This document shows positions 14,101-25,724 of a DNA stretch of 64,000 bases, piece after piece. Below the pieces are notes generated by a model. The model did no database searches. It worked only from the letters and a program-made list of their open reading frames with translations, and was not told where the DNA came from. The translations under genes and the position numbers were made by a program. Origin of the DNA: Hydrurus foetidus. Taxonomy: Eukaryota. Every line of letters starts with the position of its first letter. Within the stretch, counting starts at the first letter, position 1. The stretch is taken from positions 124,001-188,000 of the forward strand of contig UYFQ01000685.1 in assembly GCA_900617105.1 (NCBI GenBank), read 5' to 3'.

Positions 14101-16924
14101 TCGTGCCGATGAGCCGAGATCCGCTGCGCAGATACTGTGTGTAGATGTCCTTAATGACTGCTGGCTGTGATAGCGTGAGTAAGTCGTTGTTGCCCTTCAC
14201 CGAGCACGGCCAGACAGCGAAGCGTTCGCCACGGAACGCTGTTTCGTCGAGCCATCTGCTCTGTTTCTGGATCATAGTACCCATGGCGCCGTCATACATT
14301 GTCAGATCGGTATTAAACATCTCGGTTATGTACTTGCGCACACTGTCACGACCACGAACGAAGTACGGATATCCCAGGGGTGTCGTCGATTCTGGCTCGT
14401 TCCAGTCTAAACGTAAGTCCTTCCATCCAGCCGCCTTGCCCGCAATTTCCGCGGAAGGCATCTTGCCAACTCGGCTTTCGATGATGCTGCTGTGCGTGAG
14501 CTTGCTCCATGTGTACGATGCTGGTACTTTATTTTGCGCATAGTCGGATGTGGGTGCTGGTGGTTCAAGAGTCTCCTTGTCGGGTAGCTCGTCATACCAA
14601 AACTTCTTACGAGGCTTGCGAATAATGACCTTGGGTTTCTTTCTCATTGGAAGCCCTTTCTTTTTCGCAACTGCTGCATCTTTCTCCCAGGTTGTTCGTT
14701 CAAGAATGTCGTCAGTTGCAGATGCGCATTTGTTGAAGACTAGATTGTCACTGAGTGTGAACATGTCCGGCTCCAGATCTTCAAAGGCAATCATTTCGTG
14801 AGCGTTCACGATGCCCATGTCCATGCCCGATTCCAAAGATGCGCGGTGCAGAAAGACAGAATGAATGGATTCGCGGATGATGTTCACCCCACGGAAGCCG
14901 AACGATAAATTAGATATGCCGCCACTGATCTTCACGTACGGACACTGCTCCTTGATCACTTTGCATGCATCGATGAAATCCACAGCGTAGTCGACGTGCT
15001 CCTCCATGCCCGTACCGATTGTCAGCACGTTCGGGTCGAACACAATGTCTTCTGGAGGAAACCGCACGACGTTCACTAAGATATCGTAGCTTCGCTTGCA
15101 TATGCGAATCTTCTCGTCCTTCGTCGCTGCTTGACCGAGCTCGTCGAAGGCCATCACAACTATCGCTGCGCCGTGCTTCTTCAGCAAAGTCGCGTGCTCA
15201 ATAAATAGTGCCTCGCCGACCTTCAACGATATGCTGTTCACAATGGGTTTGCCCTGGCACCACTTCAGACCAGCGAGCACGATCTCAAACTTGCTCGCGT
15301 CCAACATAAACGGTACTTTAGCCACCTCAGGTTCTGTCACGGCTATCTTCACAAACTTCTGCATGGCCATCAGCCCGTCCAACATGCCATCGTCGACGTT
15401 GATGTCGATCACATGGGCACCATCGGCGACCTGCTTCTTCGCTACATCCATCGCCTCCATGTATTTGCCTGCGATGATCATTTTCTTGAATGCTATCGAC
15501 CCTGAGATGTTGCACCGCTCCCCGACGTTCAAGAAAGGCATGCCCAGATGGTTCACGCAGTCATCGACCACCAAGTCTTCAAGACCTGACAGCCACATCT
15601 TTGGCCGACGTGTTGGAGGTAAAGGACGGGGCTGGTACTTATTCACTCTGATCATTTCTTTCATTGCCGCGATGTGTGCAGGTGTTGACCCGCAGCATCC
15701 TCCGACCATGTTCAGCCATTTGCTCTGAAAGAAAATCTCGTTGTACATCGCCATATCTGCTGGAGTGTCGTCATAACCGCCCATCGCATTCGGAAGACCC
15801 GCATTCGAGTACACGTGCACGAAGCACTCTGCACAGTCAGACAGACGCTTGACAAATGGAACCATCTGCTGGGCGCCAAGAGCACAGTTCAGGCCGACAC
15901 ACATTGGCTTTGAGTGACGAATCGAAGCATAGAATGCCTCCGTTGTTTGTCCAGATAGTGTGCGTCCACTTAAGTCCACAAGCGTTCCCGATACAAATAC
16001 TGGAACATCAACCTCAGCGCGCTCAAGATACTCCCCGATGGCGAACAACGCCGCCTTCGCGTTCAACGTGTCGAAGATTGTCTCCACTAGCAAGATATCG
16101 GCACCACCATCCATGAGACCGACGATCTGTTCAAAGTACGATTCCACAAGCTCGTCGAAGGTCACATTACGATGAGCTGGATCCTCTACACTGGGTGAGA
16201 TCGATCCTGTTCTGTTCGTGGGACCAAGAGCGCCCACAACGAAGCGGGGCTGAGTAGGATCCTCGGCTGTTATTTCGTCACACGCATCCCTCGCCAGACG
16301 GGCGCCAGCATAGTTCAGCTCATATGCAAGTGTCTCCATCTGGTAGTCTGCCTGAGCGATCGTTGTTGAGCTGAATGTGTTCGTGCCGATGAGCCGAGAT
16401 CCGCTGCGCAGATACTGTGTGTAGATGTCCTTAATGACTGCTGGCTGTGATAGCGTGAGTAAGTCGTTGTTGCCCTTCACCGAGCACGGCCAGACAGCGA
16501 AGCGTTCGCCACGGAACGCTGTTTCGTCGAGCCATCTGCTCTGTTTCTGGATCATAGTACCCATGGCGCCGTCATACATTGTCAGATCGGTATTAAACAT
16601 CTCGGTTATGTACTTGCGCACACTGTCACGACCACGAACGAAGTACGGATATCCCAGGGGTGTCGTCGATTCTGGCTCGTTCCAGTCTAAACGTAAGTCC
16701 TTCCATCCAGCCGCCTTGCCCGCAATTTCCGCGGAAGGCATCTTGCCAACTCGGCTTTCGATGATGCTGCTGTGCGTGAGCTTGCTCCATGTGTACGATG
16801 CTGGTACTTTATTTTGCGCATAGTCGGATGTGGGTGCTGGTGGTTCAAGAGTCTCCTTGTCGGGTAGCTCGTCATACCAGAATTTTTTCCTTGGTTTCGG
16901 GACGCGAGGGGCTTTTGCTGGCAT
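8183..16924 (-). CDS. METH: Cobalamin-dependent methionine synthase with triplicated Hcy-binding + pterin-binding module; exons 16924-9332 and 9259-8183 (~2889 aa)
   Basis: [20 protein letters not shown] (Zn ligands), [17 protein letters not shown] and SGGISNLSF each occur three times. Cap domain ([26 protein letters not shown]), B12 motif [18 protein letters not shown] and activation domain ([14 protein letters not shown]) occur once. 72-bp GT-AG intron at 9260-9331. Confidence 0.97.
10326..16879. repeat. Tandem direct repeat, period 2280 bp, three ~1994-bp near-identical cores (10326-12319, 12606-14599, 14886-16879) with diverged linkers
   Basis: Identical ORF sets recur at +2280 and +4560. 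By eye only two core differences were seen (11703 and 14969); the linkers differ more. Confidence 0.97.
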
Positions 16925-18134
16925 GTTGACCCAGCCCTGCGGAAGAGTTGATTTACATCCTTCTGTTAATAATTTTGTTGTTCGGTGTGCTCAATTGAAA
17001 TTTGATTGCATATTCGAATACCTCGGCAGATCAACGCGCTCTTTTTCTGGGAGCGTAGAAATCGGAGATACACTCCGAGGTTTAAGTGAGAGGGTATTCT
17101 TTTCGGAACCGAACTTTTAGGTGGGTATCGGGGTTTGATACAGTCTGCTGAGGCACAGGATAGTTTTAAAATCGACGGCAGGTTCTCCTTCGAATCAATG
17201 GCATCGTCGGCAGGCGTCAGATTTTGGATTGTTGCAACCCAACCCGAACGAAATTAATCCCCAAAGGCCGAAAAAAATGCTTACGTGTACCGATCTGGGT
17301 ACAGTACTGTGAACTGAGAGTACGAAATTCCTGCTGGGCACGTACGTACTGCGTGTGTACCTATCTTTTCTTCGACGAACTGAGCGAGATATATAAAATA
17401 AGCGATTAGAATTCGGAATTTGAATTCGAGGCCACTTGCATCGGCAAGCCATACACTGCGTTGTATAATCTACTTCCATTCATCCCTCATCTAATTCACC
17501 ACGACAGAATCTAGTGAAAGACGGAATAACCTTCTCAATCAAGAGGGCATCATACTCCCCGTAGTATCGAAGGTAAAAAAAAAGCGACCAATTTTTGAGC
17601 GCAAAACAGATGGAGGGGTGCATTCAATCTGGGTATATGAAAGAATTTCTTTTCTAATCTTTTGAAAAGGTGGGCACGTACTCCGTACAGATGAAAAATC
17701 GTTGGAGAGATTCGTAATATGTGGACATTGAAGTTCACAAGTGTTTATTTAACAAATACTTCGATGACAGTTTGCATAAACACTATTTCTATAGTAGAGA
17801 ATAGTATGTTGTGCGACCTGATAAGATTTGTGTCGCACTCTTGTTCGAGTTTTTCTCATTGTTAATCTACAGTGTCGGTTATTAGCTTACTTCATATTGA
17901 ATGAAATCAACGATCTGCAGATACAATGAAAAAGATGTGAGGTAAGTTAATACTTAAAGCTGATGAAGGCCCGGTCTCTTGTTCCCATTCGTAGGATCCG
18001 CTGATTAGGACACAACAGAGCACTAGACATAGAAGCGATTGAAGAACACCAGCTGACATTGCTGGCCAGCTGTTAGAGACAAGGTTATAAAGGCCATTTG
18101 ATAAATCCTAGTGACACATTAGCCATGTGGAGAT

Positions 18135-19085
18135 TCACAGCCCCCGTTTGCTAAGAGCATCAAGTCTTTTCTGTCTCATGATATCCTTGGCTGATGCTTC
18201 TGAAGATGGTTTACTGCAGTGCGTACTTCCCGCTGTTGATTCCGCTGTTACAGTAGTATTTATCTCAGATGTAGAGAGAGCGATAGCCATGGCCAATTCA
18301 GGGTCATCATCTCCTTCGAATTGATAATCGTTGAAGTTGCTATCGCCTTTGCTAGCTCTGATAGCTTCGTTGTATAGAAAGTCTGGATCGTTCGGATCGT
18401 CAAGTGGTGGGGCAGGTTTTCTATCTACTAAACGCCTGCTTGCACCAGGAAACGAAGAAGCAGCTTCAGCCGGCCCCCCTACTTTTGATAGAAGCACCTT
18501 TTCTGTGTACCATTTTGTACTTGAGTTGGAGGATGTTCCGAAAGGTTTTGTTCCTGCAGGAGGAACCTTTCCTTTCGCTTGAAATACTGAATACCCATCA
18601 CCAATTAGTTGAGAAAGAAAAGCAGTGAGGTAAAACTCTGTAATAACTTCCGGCAGATCCAAAGTGCTATTTAGATTCCACCACCGACTTTTAATTTTGC
18701 GTACTGTAAACCAGTGTGATGATCGGTTTATAATGAAGCCATGTTCTTCCGTCATCTCAGTTTGCTCATCGCCCCTGTCAGCGGTCCAAGAAACTAGTTG
18801 AATGTCATGAGACGCCTGTAGTGCTGCTCTCAGGACCTGTAACGAAAAATTCCCTGACTCGTCGACATTTCCAGATTTTTCCGAAAGAAACTTCAAGGCC
18901 TCTGGAGTCATGACCCCATCTACAGTCATAAACGCCCTCTCCTGCGCATCGAGCCCCTGGGCTATTTCCGCGAGATCAACGGGTGTAAACAAACTTTCCT
19001 GTAGCAAGTTGTTCAGCGCATGCTGCCCACATAGCATTGAGTCCTGAACCTCATGAAATATGTAAGTGTTGGCATCTCCTGACAT
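18135..19085 (-). CDS. ATXN3: Ataxin-3-like deubiquitinase (Josephin domain + UIM-like motifs)
   Basis: IFHEVQDSMLCGQHALNNLLQ (catalytic Cys), GNVDESGNFSLQVL, HWFTVRK..WWNLNS (His/Asn), UIM-like DPELAMAIALS, C-terminal MRQKRL. Confidence 0.93.
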   Translation of the reverse strand: MSGDANTYIFHEVQDSMLCGQHALNNLLQESLFTPVDLAEIAQGLDAQERAFMTVDGVMTPEALKFLSEKSGNVDESGNFSLQVLRAALQASHDIQLVSWTADRGDEQTEMTEEHGFIINRSSHWFTVRKIKSRWWNLNSTLDLPEVITEFYLTAFLSQLIGDGYSVFQAKGKVPPAGTKPFGTSSNSSTKWYTEKVLLSKVGGPAEAASSFPGASRRLVDRKPAPPLDDPNDPDFLYNEAIRASKGDSNFNDYQFEGDDDPELAMAIALSTSEINTTVTAESTAGSTHCSKPSSEASAKDIMRQKRLDALSKRGL

Positions 19086-20313
19086 TTTCCGTACACGACA
19101 ACTAACGATAGGAAATTAAGACTAACGATAGGAAATGAAGATAATCTTTGACCCTATATAGGAAATAGATGATCTCCGGCAATAGATAGTTTTGGAAGCA
19201 GCAATCTGATGATAATATGTCCTAATATACTCCCTACCTACCCTATACTCTATACTCCATACTGAAAATATATACCTACTTCTATGTAATCCTACCGTAA
19301 TAACCGGTAGGTACGGTATAATCTGTCGGAATTGTCGATATCATAACGATAGTGCCAGTGAGTAACCGAATGGAGGAGGTCGGCTCGGAATAACTTGGCG
19401 AGAATACACGGAATCGTGAAACACTTCAGTGCAGATGCAGGCAGCATTTAAGCTGAATACTTCCCGGGGCGATGTCCTCGGATACATTAGAGCATCAACG
19501 ATGGTCTGAATTAGTGTTTTTGGAAACCGATTTCGCACACTTTTTCGCACCAGACGGTTTGAGCCGCGTGCAAAAGCGGTAAATTTGAATCCCCAAATGA
19601 AAAGCTCTCTTGCGAAAAGTTTGCGAACTCGAGTCTGCAAAAACATTGTAGTAGTGGAGGTCTCTCATTACCGGGTAAAACGGCCAAATTGCAAAATGTA
19701 ATAATTCAGCAGAATTAATGAAAATGCTATTGAGACCATTGGAATTATCAAACGCTCTAAGTGAGAGAAAATACAGCAACTCAGAAAATGACGAATGAAA
19801 ATAAATGGTAGCAGCACAGCATTAATCTGTGTCGCCAAAAACGCACCCTCAAAATAATTTTTCCTAACAGAGAGTAATCAAGATACAAGCAGAGAATACA
19901 GTATGAAATGCTTTCAATGTGCATGTGGGGATTCAAGAAATGGAAAATAGGTAATGCGGGTGGAAGTTAGATGATGCATTTAAGATTGATCTCACAGCGT
20001 ACTTATCAGCAATTCTTTTCAAGAGATAGACTCACAATTAAGGCAGCAGCTAGCTAGCTACCACTGCTCCTCATGCTATCGCATTTGAGTTTGCGAGAGA
20101 CAGATGTTCAATTTTGAATGTGGATGCTTTCTACATGAAAGCTACTAAGTAAAAGAAAAGACCTTGCCCTTGAATATCAAGGAAATAAGAAACAATCATA
20201 CACACACACACACACACCACTACGTGTCATTAAAAATTAACATACATTGAGACGCCTGACACACTTGCCAGAGAGAACAATGATGTCCACAGGTATGTAA
20301 TATATTATCATTT

Positions 20314-23300
20314 CTAAGTCTTTGAACTTTTAATAGGAGGAATAATTATATCAGGTAATTTAAATAATAAACCACTGTAATCTTTTGGACCTAAATTGTT
20401 TGATTTTATAGTACGAATGCCACTTTCCATAATAACAGATCCAGGGTTGTCAACGTACGTACGGTTTGATTCTATAGGACGGTAATTTATACCGGGTGGT
20501 TCCAGCAAACAATTTTCATTATCATCAAACACAGGTTTTTTCAATCGACCTATATGTTGCTGGTCTTTTTCTTCCAGTACTTTGTCAGTGGGTGCATGCA
20601 TTTTGTCCATTGCTGACGTCACTGATAGTTTGCGTTTGAGATACTCTACTGTCCGTTGCATAGTGTCATCAGCACCATTACCATCACTCCCACCAACAGT
20701 CCCACCATCATTCAAATCCCTCCCACCCAAATATTGCTGTCTATTAGAATCGAAATCACGACCTGATGAAGATAAATCAGACGAGTGTTGCACATTTTTT
20801 ATAACCCCCCTACATCTAGAATCCTTCGCAAAAGCTGACCCGCGGTCCTTCATAGCCCGGGCCGCCAATGCTGATGCCACACGGTCGATGGGCGATTGTT
20901 GTGATTGTTGGAATCCAGGGGCCAGGGTCTGCAGGTCGGACTCTGGATCCATGAGATTCGAGGATTCTAGAGTTGAGAGAGGAGGAGTGTGTAGAATAGA
21001 TGTCTGGGGAACAGACATAGATAGTGACAGTGCGTGTGTGTGTGCGTGTGAGGATGGGTGCAGGTCATCGCTAACATTAAGTGGAGATGACTCACGCACG
21101 TCACTACCATCACCTAGCATACGATTTACTCCAACAACAGATCTCACTCTCAGTGCATCTCTTTCTCTTTCTCTTTCTCTTTCTCTATCCGGATATACGT
21201 TTGTCGTTGGACCTTGTACATTAGATTCCACCCCCCTTGGGGGCACTGTTTTAAATTGTTGGAGATCTTCATGTTTTGTGGACCGAATCGACGCATTATC
21301 GGTATAATATTCATGTTGCTGAGAATCAGAAAGAGAATATCGTATGACGTCATTTCTAGCGGACACAATTGTGTCCGATATACTTCCCATGCTTTTTGAG
21401 TTTCTTGGACTTAAGCTATGCATTCGATTATTCAGTTCATTTGAAACATGAATTAATCGTTTTTCCAGTCTTTCCGTTATTTCTTTTTCAAGCGCACTAG
21501 CTGCTAATAAATCAATTCCACTTCTTTCTGATACTTCAAGTCTCGTGCTTAATGCGAGTAAACGAGATCTGTCTTCTTGATGTTGATTTTCCAACGCCTC
21601 TAATCTCAAGTCCTTGGACAGTAACATGGCTTGAAATCTTTCTACTTCCCCATCAGATTGTCTTATTCGTAATTCTTTATCAGCTTTATCCGCTTTTGAT
21701 TTCGACACGCCTTCTTCTATGTTTTCTTTCGCCCTTTGTAACATAGCTTGCAGCTCTACTATTTGTATGCGATAAACATCCGCATCTTGTTGTGCTTTTT
21801 TTCTCTCAGCTGATAATACATTTTCTGTGTTTTTAAGTTCTCCATTCAGATTTGTCACCGCTTCATTAGATGACCCCTGAAGGTCTAAAAGACGATTCTT
21901 CTTATCAGAACATTCTTTACGAAGAGCTGAGACAATGGGTTGCAATTCCAATAATTCCTGCGCACTTATATCTAGCCGAGAAGTCATTTGACGGATTTCT
22001 TTTTTACTGTTTTTGTCTGCTGCAGAATATTCTTGAACTATGATTTGCATTTCGCTTTTTTGTTTTTCAACGTAACTTTCGAGATACATAACTTTTGTAA
22101 ACAATTCATCATATCTCATCTTTGCCGATAGTGAGTCATCTTTACCTACTTTGATTACTGTCTCTATTTCTAGAAGACTATTACTTAGTTTGTTTTGTAG
22201 ATAGTTGCATTTTTCTTTTGTCGAGCCTAATTCTGCATCCGATTTTTGTACTATATTTCTGGAATTTAAAAGTTCGAGATCCAAGCTTGTTTTCATTTCT
22301 GTCATTGATTTCAATTTATTTCGTTGATCTTGTAATTCTTTTCGTAGCGAAGAAGATTCCGCACCACATTGTACTTGCATTTCCTCCCGAAGTTTAATAA
22401 TTGAATCAATATCTTTTCTGGTTTTTTCTACTTCTAAAAGTGCACGTTTTTCAATTTCACAAGAATCCGAAAGCTGATTTTTCAAATTTTCATTTTCTTC
22501 ATGCAGTGTGCGGAGCTGTAATGACAATTCCATTATCTGATGAGCAGCTGCCTTCTTTACTTCTTTCAATGCATTATCCAATCTACCATCTTCCCCTTTA
22601 ATATGCGCATGTATTCTCGCTGTCTCTTCCTTCATATCTTCTTCTCTACGCCCAGCAGTGCGTAACTCTTCAATCAATTCTGACTGCCTTTTTCTCGAAA
22701 CTTCTGCCTGATTGTGTGAATCTTTCAAACGTTCTGAGAATGCCACTAATTCGCCCTTAAGGCCAGATATTTCGCGCTGACTGGCTATGTGGTGTATACT
22801 TAAATCGTGTGTTTCACGCAGCAATTCTTGTTTTTCAGCATCTAATATACCCATTTTAGCATTTCTTCTCTTCATCTCTTCTTGCATACGTGATCTGTCG
22901 GATTCCAGTACAGATCGAAATGTCGAGTCATTGCTCTTTATCATCGCCTCCAACTCTTCTATTCTGCTTTGAAAAGACGACCTCTCTTCTTCAAGTTCCT
23001 TGCGCTGACTCATCACGCCTGTCAGTTCGTCCACTCTTTTCTCAAGCTCTGCCCTCAGCATAGCAGCCATTTGAACAGACCTATTGATCTCCCCTCCCAA
23101 CACCTCTTCACTCTCTCTCCTGGCAGCATAGGCAGCACCAGCACTCAACACCTTCTCTTGCATGTCCTTGTTCAGCTGATCTATTTCTCCCAACAACACA
23201 CTCTCCTCGTCTTTGAACCGTTTCGATTCACTCCATACTTTCTGCTGCACTGCTCTGACTTGTTCTTGTAGTGCCTCACACTGCACTGCTGACGCCTGCA

Positions 23301-25046
23301 CTCTTAGCAACGCATCTACTCGCTCCGCTACAACATCGTCCAGACACTTAGCAGATAAAACAGCGGCTGATATCTTGTCTGCTTGAAATTGAGATATGGT
23401 CGTTTTTAGTGTGTCACGTACACACACCTCTTTATCGTAACGTACCGTACTAGCGGCCAATTCCTTCTGAGACTTGGCGAGGTCCCCCTCAGCTTCTCGG
23501 CACTGGGCTTTTAGTACGCCATTCACCTCCTCTCCGACTTGAAGGGCATCTCTCATGGCCTTCGCTGCGATAGAGAGTGAGGTCATGTGTCCATCCCTCT
23601 CTCTCAGTTGTAACCGAAGGCTCTCTGCTTCTAATCCCTGCACCACATCAGTCGCTGCAGACTGTCTCGACATCTCGCTATTCCTCTCTTTCAATGCATC
23701 TATCTGGCTGTTCAATGCAACCGTATTCTCGACCAGTACTCGGGATTTCTCTTCCATGCTTATACGGTCTCGAACATTCTCTTCCAGCTTCGCGGATGAT
23801 TCTTTGCCGCCTATGAGAAGATCCTGCTTCTCGCTTTCTAAATGCTTCAACTTGTGAGTGATTTTACGCATTTCTTCTTGCATACGTGATCTGTCGGATT
23901 CCAGTACAGATCGAAATGTCGTGTCGTTGCTCTTTATCATCGCCTCCAACTCTTCTATTCTGCTTTGAAAAGACGACCTCTCCTCTTCAAGTTCCTTGCG
24001 CTGACTCATCACGCCTGTCAGTTCGTCCACTCTTTTCTCAAGCTCTGCCCTCAGCATAGCAGCCATTTGAACAGACCTATTGATCGCATCGTTTGAAGAG
24101 CTTTCATTGGCGACAATTTGTTCTTCCATTTGAAAGATAATTTCGGAATATTTTGCGCTTGCTAGTGCAGTGGATTCATTTTTCTCCGAATCTCTGATAG
24201 ATGTCGCAGATAGTTGATCAGTTGCCTCTTCGAGCTGCACTTCCAGAGCCTTCGTCCTCAACGATGCCGTCTCAGATTGCGACACAAAGAAATCTATTCT
24301 GGACAGTAAAACTGTCTTTTCCGCTTCAAAATTGACCTTTAACACTTCCAGACGATCCATGCTCGACATTATCTGAGACTTCTCAACAGCCTGAGTCTGC
24401 GCATCAATGATCGATGTTTTCAGCTTTTCATACAGCGTCGAGACATCCTTTTCAAGCTCAACATTCTGCATTCTGAGTAGCGCGGATATTTCTGTGGTTT
24501 CAGACAACTTAAGAGACAAGTCTGATCTCTCATATCTGTGCTTCTCTCGGGAATCATCTACAGTTTGTGCAATAGTGAAGAGCTCCTTCTCTTTCTCAGC
24601 AGACAGTTGCAGCAGCACACCAATGTAATTTCGTAAGTCAATAATTTCGTTACGATGATGTGATTCGCTTAGGGACGTCTGGACAACAAGCGAACTGAAA
24701 CGGCTGTCCGTCGCGATCTTATCCTCGAGACCCATCATTCCTCGCTCTTCTTCCAAAGCCAACCGGGTGCATAAATCAAAAGAACTTAATTCGAAAGCCG
24801 TCTTGATATCAGCCTCACTAGCGTTCCCTTTGTTCTTCTCGATCTCGTAGAGTGCAATCAGAGATTCTTTATCTCTTGTAAGAACAGAATGGGCGTCACG
24901 CATTGTTTCAATTGAAATCAGCGACTGATTGACTTGAACTATTAGAGACTCGTTCAGTCCGCGTAGTTTTGACATGACGGTCACATCTGATTGAGCAATA
25001 GGGTAGTCATAGGCAGGTCGGGGAATTTCAGTGAGGCTTTGCATAT
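20314..25046 (-). CDS. Large coiled-coil protein with disordered C-terminus (probable start MQSLTEIPR)
   Basis: Single open frame of >1500 codons, rich in E/K/L/Q heptads. The upstream extension in the ORF track is only translated heptamer repeat. Confidence 0.8.
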
Positions 25047-25193
25047 TCGCCTTCTCTGAATTCCTGCCCGCTCCAAAGATAAGCAATGACGTAGGGCCCT
25101 GTCTAAAGGGTTCTGCCAATAACCTGAAACAACTGAAACTGTCTGAGGGAAGGTTCACTGCAATTTGTTGTTCTTCAGTTTTTGAGACGCTTT

Positions 25194-25272
25194 TGAGTGA
25201 AGAGTGAAGAGTGAAGAGTGAAGAGTGAAGAGTGAAGAGTGAAGAGTGAAGAGTGAAGAGTGAAGAGTGAAG
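25194..25272. repeat. (GAGTGAA)n heptamer microsatellite
   Basis: About 11 direct copies visible. Confidence 0.95.
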
Positions 25273-25724
25273 TGTGAACAAAATACAAAAAGCGAACCTA
25301 TTAATCGTATCATGGATTGGAAGTCTACCAAAATTGGATTATTCCGGAAAATCAAAACACGGATACTACCTGGTATCAAATTTTTTGATACCAGGTAGCA
25401 ATTTGCCGAGGTCCAATTTGAACCTCAGCAAATTGCTATCTGGTATTGTGGATTCAGAATTAATCTGCACAACGCCCCCACGCACAACACTTCGCCGTCA
25501 CAAAGTGGATCTCAAACCACAACTCGACAAAACTGAGAACTTCTCTCACAAGTCGAAGTAGCGCCAACCAAGTAGCACATCGTGACCACAGCGTCACAAT
25601 CACTGAGGTGGCGCCAACAAATTTCTAATTTCTGCCCATACCAAGCTTTTTTTACGTTAAACTCCAACAATCCATCCACTAATTTTCATCATCCTACCAA
25701 CAATGACGACATTGCAGATCGATC

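Noticed and set aside
10350..16875. Many short ORFs recurring three times
   Set aside because: Antisense or alternate-frame shadows of the METH repeats.
19341..19860. ORFs of 94-101 aa between ATXN3 and the coiled-coil gene
   Set aside because: No recognisable homology, repeat or RNA structure.
25155..25379. ORFs with LHSSLFT repeats and the N-terminal extension of the 1655-aa ORF
   Set aside because: Translation of the heptamer microsatellite.
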